DNA of 56,619 bases, counting the filler, from Sphacelaria rigidula (Eukaryota): NCBI GenBank assembly GCA_964200075.2. It is 7 parts of 7 records of this genome, joined end to end, with 100 filler letters (N's around TTAATTAATTAA, not from the genome) between each part and the next. Parts side by side here need not be neighbours in the genome. Positions count along the whole stretch, not along the records: positions 48,618 to 56,619 come from CAXNAA020012687.1; 6 more parts are not named here. One strand, written 5' to 3'. The translations under genes and the position numbers were made by a program. The notes below the pieces were generated by a model. That model made no database searches and had not been told where the DNA came from. It was given only the letters and a program-made list of their open reading frames with translations. Shown here piece by piece: positions 49,616 to 56,619 of this stretch (positions are counted from its first letter, which is position 1; each line of letters begins with the position of its first letter).

Positions 49616-51658
49616 ACTCGTCCTCTAGTAGCGGGGTTTTATTTCTCTGAAGAGGTGTGAACTTTCGTGCGGAGGGATTTCCGGGGGTAGTCAAATGGCG
49701 GCGTGCGTTTACCGAGGAAGCCGCTTGCGTGGGGGCCTGGTTGAATCACGGTGGTTGTGGAGGCGGTATGTTGTTATTTTGAGGTGCAGTGCATTCTTGC
49801 AGGTTCTCAACTGCCAATAGGCCTGCGCTTCTTCTACGATCGCAGAACAAGCAGAAAAAGGAGAATACCATTTATTTGCGCAGAAAAACCGCCGTGCAAA
49901 CGAGGAGCAAGAGGACAACAATAAGTAGCAGATTTTTTTTTAATTGAGCAGATGCCATCGCAGAAAAAAAAACATGTTTTCTTTGCGCCGAAAAAGGGCC
50001 GTGATAAGAAATTGCATGAAAAGCAGATTATCTCGCTGATTTGTGGAGATATAGCAGACGTTTCACATCAACAGTTAAACCAGGCTGGTACATTGGGGAG
50101 CCCCGATCAAAAGTCAAGTGAAAACAGGGCTCCCCACGTGGTCCCCCACCGTTTTACTAGCCTAGCTGCACTTTTCCTCCTTTTTGGTATTATCTCAACC
50201 GTTGGCGGGTCATTTTTTGTGCAAACGCAGGGGCGGAAAAGGGGGGAGGGGGGTGCGGAAAACAGAGAATAGTGCACGGATAGCGCAGAAGAGCAAAAAA
50301 AACAGGGAAAAAATTAATACAAAAATGCAGAAAATACAAAAAAAAAGAACACGAGTCATGGCCAAGGTGCCGACTCCCTTGCCCTTTCCGAATTGTGAAG
50401 CACGTTCTCGTCGGGATCAGCAAAACTGTTCACCCGTGGTACCTTCACTTTTTTCAACAAAAACGATGCTGGCGTTAGTATCTCCCAGATTCTTTAAATC
50501 TTTCGCGCTCTGTTGTGACGGTGGGATATGTCATCGGTGTTCTCCTGTCAAGGGGTGTTATACCCCGTACGTGTTACACGCTGTACTCGTTATGCCCTGT
50601 GCGTGATTACTCCATCTTAGGAACGATCGCCGCGTGCTTCTCATTCTACCTTCTCTCTGTTGATGTAGTCCTCTTTCGCACACAGGCGTATGGACTCGTC
50701 TGCACTGTTCCCTACCTTTTCCGTACCTGGTAGTACCGGGTGATGCCCCAACCGAAACATGCATAATACAGTGACGGTTGTGATGGGTCTCGTGATGTCA
50801 ATTTCATGTGCATCTCACGACCATGACGGAGATACGGAGATACATTATCTTGGGTGGTACGCATCCATACGATGTATACCTGGTATGAGTCTGCTAGGAC
50901 TTCGCCGCTGATGGGGATTTCCAGGCCCACCTCTTCGCCTCCACCAGCTTGGCGCAATCCACGGGTAAACCATGCCGTGATCCCAACTCCGGGGGACGGG
51001 TGACAAAAGACAGCACATCCTTGCACTTCGCCAGTGACTTTACAGCGGGATCTACGGTGAAGCGTTCCATCTTGTCCACAGCTTCGCCGCCGGGGATGCT
51101 TTTCGTGTCCCGATACGTTCCGTGTCAACTTGCGTCGTAGGTAACGAGTGTCCCGGTGTCCACACCGTCTGATGGTCATGATCAACCATCCAAATGTCTG
51201 CCATACCAGAATAGAATCTCGTCAGTACCCGGGGTCTGGGGATATGGATACTCGGCGAGCTTGTGGGCAGCTGCACCGTGCAGCTAGGGCTCTGTTAACA
51301 CAGCTACGCAGCTGTTCGCTGCCTGTAATGGATCGAACGACAGGGAAGGACTTCCCAAGTGTACACAATAGATTACTGGGTCTTTATGAGGCGGGTGGGA
51401 CTTCGATTCCTTGAAGTCCTACACGGCTTGAGGTGCGGCGCTCACTTTGCCATAAGCACGTATCTCATTCGGTACGGGTCCGTTTGCTCCGTGCGATGGC
51501 TTGAACGATAGCTAGAGACTGTGTGAGTGTTTTCCATGTGTTGCTGTGTCCATGCGGGGCTTGTGGGATGGATGCTGAACGTTGACGGATGTAACAGATT
51601 ACGTCAATGTTGGCGGATGTAACACAGTAGGTCAACGTTGACATAAATAGCAAGACCC

Positions 51659-52162
51659 TATATATATATATATATATATACATCCACTCTGGACTGGACT
51701 TCGACATAGCTTTTGTCAAAAACGCGACTTAGGCAAGTTGGACATAAACTATGTCGGCTCGAGGCATGGGAGCACGTAATCATGTGCTGCTGCACTGTAC
51801 CGAACATATACCGCCAAATGACTGCAGGTGGACATGAGCTATGTCCAAGTCCCAAGTTGGACATAGCTTTTGTCCACCTGCAGGAAGTGAAATAACTATC
51901 CGCGCTCGTCCCATGTGCCTTGCATCGATACCACAGCAGCTGCAATACACTCACACATTCTGTAGCCGCTGTTCAAGCCATCGTGGGGTGCACACGGCCT
52001 GGTGGCGCAGGAGAAATACGCCTGCTACACACAGGCCCAAATATATATATATATATATATATCTGCACCGGACTGGACTTGGACGTTCTCTTGTCAAAAA
52101 CGCGACTTAGGCAAGTTGGACGTACGCTATGTTGGCTGGAGGCATGGGAGCACGTAATCATT
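51659..52162 (+). repeat. Two direct copies of a (TA)n-headed ~125-bp repeat (51659-51783, 52041-52162) flanking a related 62-nt hairpin (51822-51883)
   Basis: Shared GGACTGGACTT...TTGTCAAAAACGCGACTTAGGCAAGTTGGAC...GAGGCATGGGAGCACGTAATCAT; hairpin CTGCAGGTGGACATGAGCTATGTCCAA...TTGGACATAGCTTTTGTCCACCTGCAG. Confidence 0.85.
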
Positions 52163-52285
52163 TGCTTGCGATTGATAGCGGTCGCGTTGCAGACAAGAAC
52201 GCCAACAATAGGTAATTGCCATTAGTACGCTGTTCCCGCATTGTTCCGCGATGCACTGAGGGTTTAGACAGCATGATCAGCATGT

Positions 52286-53257
52286 ATATCTCTCTGTGAA
52301 CATCCCCTGAAAATGTTACCAGCAGCGAAGGAGATTTGAACCACGAGCAGTTTTGCACCACCTTCTGTCCATGAGCGCGTATGCAATTCGATCGCCCATC
52401 CCAACACGCAGCTCAGTCGGTGGACCCTGCCACAAAATTAGATGCCCAAGTTTTCGCCAACGAGAAGAAACGCCAAAAAAGGTGTGTTGGTGTCGGTTCA
52501 GGCACACGTTTCACTGTAGTAACATTGGTGTGTAGCGGCCACGACTGCTGTAGTTCGTGCTCTTGTCTTGGCGCAGACGTGTTGAGCTTTTTCGATTTTC
52601 ATACGTGCACTGGCCATCATCGGGTCGGCAAATCCGCCATTTTTGAGTTGACTGCCTGTACATGCTGCAGAGGGTATGTAAAGTATTCAATATGAACCAA
52701 CTCGTATCCTTCGCCAAGTGCTATGTTTCGCTGGCAGTCAATCCCTCATTCTTTTTGTTTTCTCTGCGGTCTGCCATGTGCCGAGCTGGTCTAACCCTAC
52801 CGGCCTACAAAGAAAGGATAGCTTCGCGATTCATGAAGGAGTATCCTCGATCTCCGAGTGGCGGAGGGCGAGTTCATGAATTACGTGGTGCTGATTTGTG
52901 GAAACCGTTCCAGCGCAGAAGTCGCCCGGCGTGACCTGCCGTCGGACTGCGGACTTTCTCTTTCATCTGACAAATATCCCTCTGTGAACATCCCCTGAAA
53001 ATGTTACCAGCAGCGAAGGAGATTTGAACCACGAGCAGTTTTGCACCGCCTCTACTGCCCATGGGCGCGTATGCAATACGATCGCCCACCCCAACACGCA
53101 GCTCAGTCGGTGGACCCTGCCACAAAAGTAGATGCCCAAGTTTTCTCCAACAAGAAGAAACGCCAAAAGTGTGTTGGTGTCGGTTCAGGCACACGTTTCA
53201 CTGCAGTAACGTTGATGCGTGGCGGCCACGACTGCTGGAGTTCGTGCTCTTGTCTTG
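52286..53257 (+). repeat. ~280-bp direct duplication (52286-52569 and 52974-53257)
   Basis: Near-identical sequence from CTCTGTGAACATCCCCTGAAAATGTTACC to GTTCGTGCTCTTGTCTTG. Confidence 0.92.
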
Positions 53258-55824
53258 TTATTTCGCAATGACGGTAAACGTGGGGTGACACCTCGAGGGC
53301 GTGTGCTTCCGTAGTAGTATAGCAGCAGCAGCTGGACACTATTAATTTTGCAACATGAAAAAGCAGCTGATGCATACTGTACATAGTCCGTGTTCAGGTT
53401 CTGGAAAAGCACTGCAGAATTGCTGTGTTGTGCTCAGTGTAGTACTCTGTACTCCATATATTGGGGGTCACGTTTTGAACAGTTTTTCGAAAAGTTCTGC
53501 TTGTTTTTTTAAAAAGTTCTGATTGGTTCTGAAAATATATTATGACAAAAACGAGACAGTTTTCTGTCGCAGAAATCCAATGCCGAATCTGGAATGGCCT
53601 GAGTCAACATCCAATTTGAAAATTGGAATTGAAACCTGGCTTTTTCATCTTCTTTCTTGTCGCTGGTGTGACGACCTTGATGAGACGTCCCTGGAATGAC
53701 CTACGTAGTCGTGAATCGAACGCTGATAACCCGTTGAAAGTCTAGGCTCATGCGGTGCTGTCTCACTAGACAGACTGGTGGAGGTTGCACAGTGTGGCTG
53801 TAAAGCTCACGTGCGACTCGCAACGAAAAAAAGAGGACAAGTCAAATGATTTTCGGTGGCGCTTTTTGGCCAAAACAAAATTATATGTAGTCTCTTCTTC
53901 ACGAAGAGAACTGGTGGCAAGCTGGGTACGCTGCGCGAGTGAGAGCGGTGGGCGATCGAAATCGACCCAAAGCGCCATCACCTCCTGGAACAAAGATCAA
54001 TTCTGCACACGTACGTCAAACCAAACTGTAACATTCGAGTCAACTGCTGCTGACGCGGTAGTCGTGCCAGCGTTTACACTTGATCTACTCTAGCCATGAA
54101 AGATATGAAAATGAAGCTATCCCCGTCAGCAAGGACCCTGACCCCACAACACCGATGTAGGCGGCATGCACCCTCACATGGGGAGAACGACGATCCAGGG
54201 GATTTCAAGCTTTCGCTTGCCGCTGTTGCGTCGCAGAGTCGATGAAAGGCACTGTAAATAGTCGCGCTGCGATTGATGCGCAGTACACAGGATCAGACGC
54301 CTACCGGCATCATGATTATACTGCTGAGGAGTCCCTGTTATGAAGTTGACGCTCGTTCGCGACATATTTTCAGGGATATCCTGTGATATTGCGTGATATG
54401 GCGTACAATGTCGGACGTGAACACTCCGCCGCCACGGGCTAACCCCTTACAGGGTAAAGAGGGAGCAGTCGTCGTTACTGCATGCACTTGACTCAAACGA
54501 ATGAGGTCCGTAAAACCTGCGTGCTCCCTTCCTGGCAATAACTAGGCCTACATTCCGGAATAAGTACGACCGTGAGTAAATCTGCGGAAATGGGAACAAA
54601 ATGTGCATTCGTAGAGCCCTAAATGGTAACAGGATGAACGCGGTACGCCCGCAGATATTGCCAAAGCCGACACCCCCCGGCCATATAGCATCTGCGCGAC
54701 ATATCCGACTGCAACCAACGAAGCCTAACCGACAGTGGTCGGATGTACCGTAGCGTACTTGTCACCATGTCTGCCGTGCTGCTGCAGGGATGCAGCAGTT
54801 TCATTGTATCTTTCCGCACCACGATAATGCGGCGCAACTGCAGCTGATGTATCTTTGGACGGTCGACTGGTGCCATTTTCGACTTTAATGCATCATTTTT
54901 TTGTGCAGTGCTCGGCCGCTGCTTCGGCCAGTCACGTGAAACTTGGTGCACCAGTTGGGCACATCACAGGCAGAATATGCACCAGAGCACAGCTCCTTCC
55001 TGTATGCCAGCAAATCAAACGACGCGAATTCCGATTTTCGGCAATATCGTCTGTATGCCCTCAAAACGGCTATTTCGCGGCCGAAATTCGGTGCACCGTG
55101 AGTGAATGCATATGTGGATATGGCACCTCACTCACTTCCGCATCGCGACCACCTGGGAGGCTAGAGTGCTCGCAAACAAATATGGATCAGTACTGGCGCC
55201 GCCTCTGGATTATGACGATCTGTTAGAAAAGCCATTCCGGTATTGATTGTAGAGATGCTCAGCGCAGGAGGCACGGTCGTGAGCGTGCTGTCGTCGCTTC
55301 TATGCGCTGAAACTTGGCGAATATCTCATGTACCCCACACTCAACAAGCCCACGAGTCTACATCTGGGGTTGGGCGTTGCAGCAGTGCGCGAGGGGATAA
55401 AATGAGCTCCAATTTTGTTCCGAGATGTTTTTTTTGGCGCAGGACTGTACGTGGCCTAGTTACTCTGCTAGAATATCTTACTGCGACTAATCATGGCGAC
55501 ACGTCTACTCCAGTAGCATCCTGCTCGATACGTCACTCAGACAAACGCACTGAATTACTAGAAAAAATACTCAGTGGGAAGGATACATGATTTCATTGAA
55601 CCGTCATCATGAGTCGTACCGCTCTTGTGCTGTGGAGACTTCATTCAGACGCGAAGGATATAGACTGCATCCTCTAGATGTGGGACATGTTTGAAAAGCA
55701 CAACACCAATCGTCCGAGAATGCCAACACTCATCCGTCACGCACACATACATACGCATACTGTGCACGCATACACTTTCTGTCTCAATGATTTCAGATGA
55801 CACTTATATTTTATTTTTTGTCTT

Positions 55825-55911
55825 GTATCTTTTTTGCTAACGTACGGGGATCATGCCTGGCATGCATGATCATGAGTACACCCCGGCCCCGTACGTTAGC
55901 AAAAACGATAC
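55825..55911. repeat. Short inverted repeat (mini-MITE or assembly-edge foldback)
   Basis: TTTTTGCTAACGTACGGGG pairs with CCCCGTACGTTAGCAAAAA. The inner GCATGCATGATCATGAGTACACCCC also occurs at about 37763. Confidence 0.7.
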
Positions 55912-56134
55912 GGGGCCGGGGGGGGGGGGGGGGGGAAAAAAGGAAAAAACGGGGAGGGGGGGGGGGGGGTTGATGCAACGGAAAGCAGCGGGGGGGGGGG
56001 GATGGTGAGGTTGGTCAANNNNNNNNNNGGATGAGTAAGGGCGCGCCCCCGCCCCTTAACTTTAGAAAAAAGGAAGGGGGGGGGGGGGGGGGGGGGGGAA
56101 GTACGGCAGAAGCAAGGGATGAGCGGTACGTTCT

Positions 56135-56218
56135 TCACTGCAGCAGGCGGTCGGCGTGCATGTTGATGTGATCCTCAACAAAGGAGCTGATGAAGAAGTA
56201 GCTGTGGTCGTATCCTAC
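56135..56218 (-). CDS. ESD: S-formylglutathione hydrolase (esterase D), terminal exon
   Basis: Acceptor TTTCCTGTGTTTACAG, then VGYDHSYFFISSFVEDHINMHADRLLQ*. This is the conserved GYDHSY catalytic-His C-terminus of FGH/ESD. Confidence 0.92.
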   Translation of the reverse strand, partial: VGYDHSYFFISSFVEDHINMHADRLLQ

Positions 56219-56429
56219 CTGTAAACACAGGAAAGGAAACAACAGTAACAAATGGAATACACGCACGGAGGGGGAGAACAAACGCAAATTAGGGTAGAAA
56301 GAGTATGTTCGAAGTATATAAAACGTACATATATGGTGTGGAAGGTGATGAGCACTCGACAAACACCTGCGGGAATTGTTCGTTTCATGGAGTGGTACCC
56401 ACATAAGCCCTTCCCCTATGAGCCTCTGT

Positions 56430-56619
56430 TAGACATCCATAAGGCAGTGTAAAAGCTGTGGCTGTCTCTGGAAGTGGCCATGCCACTGAATAAAGCAACT
56501 CATTGTTGGCCATCATCCGAATGCAAGATTATCAGTAGGCTTCGGGCCGAAAAATCTCAGCAGGATGCAGCTCACCCTTCATGCGACTCGCCAAACACAC
56601 CACGGCGCTTTGCTCTTGG
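56430..56619 (+). repeat. Interspersed repeat shared with 37485-37675 (intronic to ESD)
   Basis: Colinear similarity to 37485-37675. Confidence 0.88.

Noticed and set aside
19611-56218. A functional cluster of UBX adaptor, USP-like ORF, POT1-like sequence and ATPase
   Set aside because: Each is on a different, size-sorted contig, so the co-occurrence is an artefact of concatenation.

Overview
Eukaryotic, intron-rich, repeat-rich DNA, most consistent with a brown alga (inference from WSC exons, GT-AG introns of about 0.3-1.3 kb and the repeat content). The window is not one locus. It is seven contigs of 8004, 8004, 8003, 8002, 8002, 8002 and 8002 nt, joined by artificial 100-nt N44-TTAATTAATTAA-N44 spacers, so nothing should be linked across spacers. 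Recognisable host gene pieces are a 7-exon UBXN7/PUX7-like gene (5' part), a WSC-domain gene (2 exons), the last exon of an ABC-class ATPase (PF09818 family), the last exon of S-formylglutathione hydrolase, and a minus-strand gene of uncertain identity at the left end. Mobile DNA includes a near-complete decayed RTE LINE, a decayed Copia with an LTR, LINE 3' fragments, two tRNA-derived SINEs and many MITEs or foldbacks. The most unusual items are a decayed POT1-like (telomere OB-fold) sequence abutting a MITE that carries TTAGGG-like repeats, and a decayed, apparently intronless chromodomain plus USP-type deubiquitinase ORF. Both were identified by eye from motifs and need profile searches.
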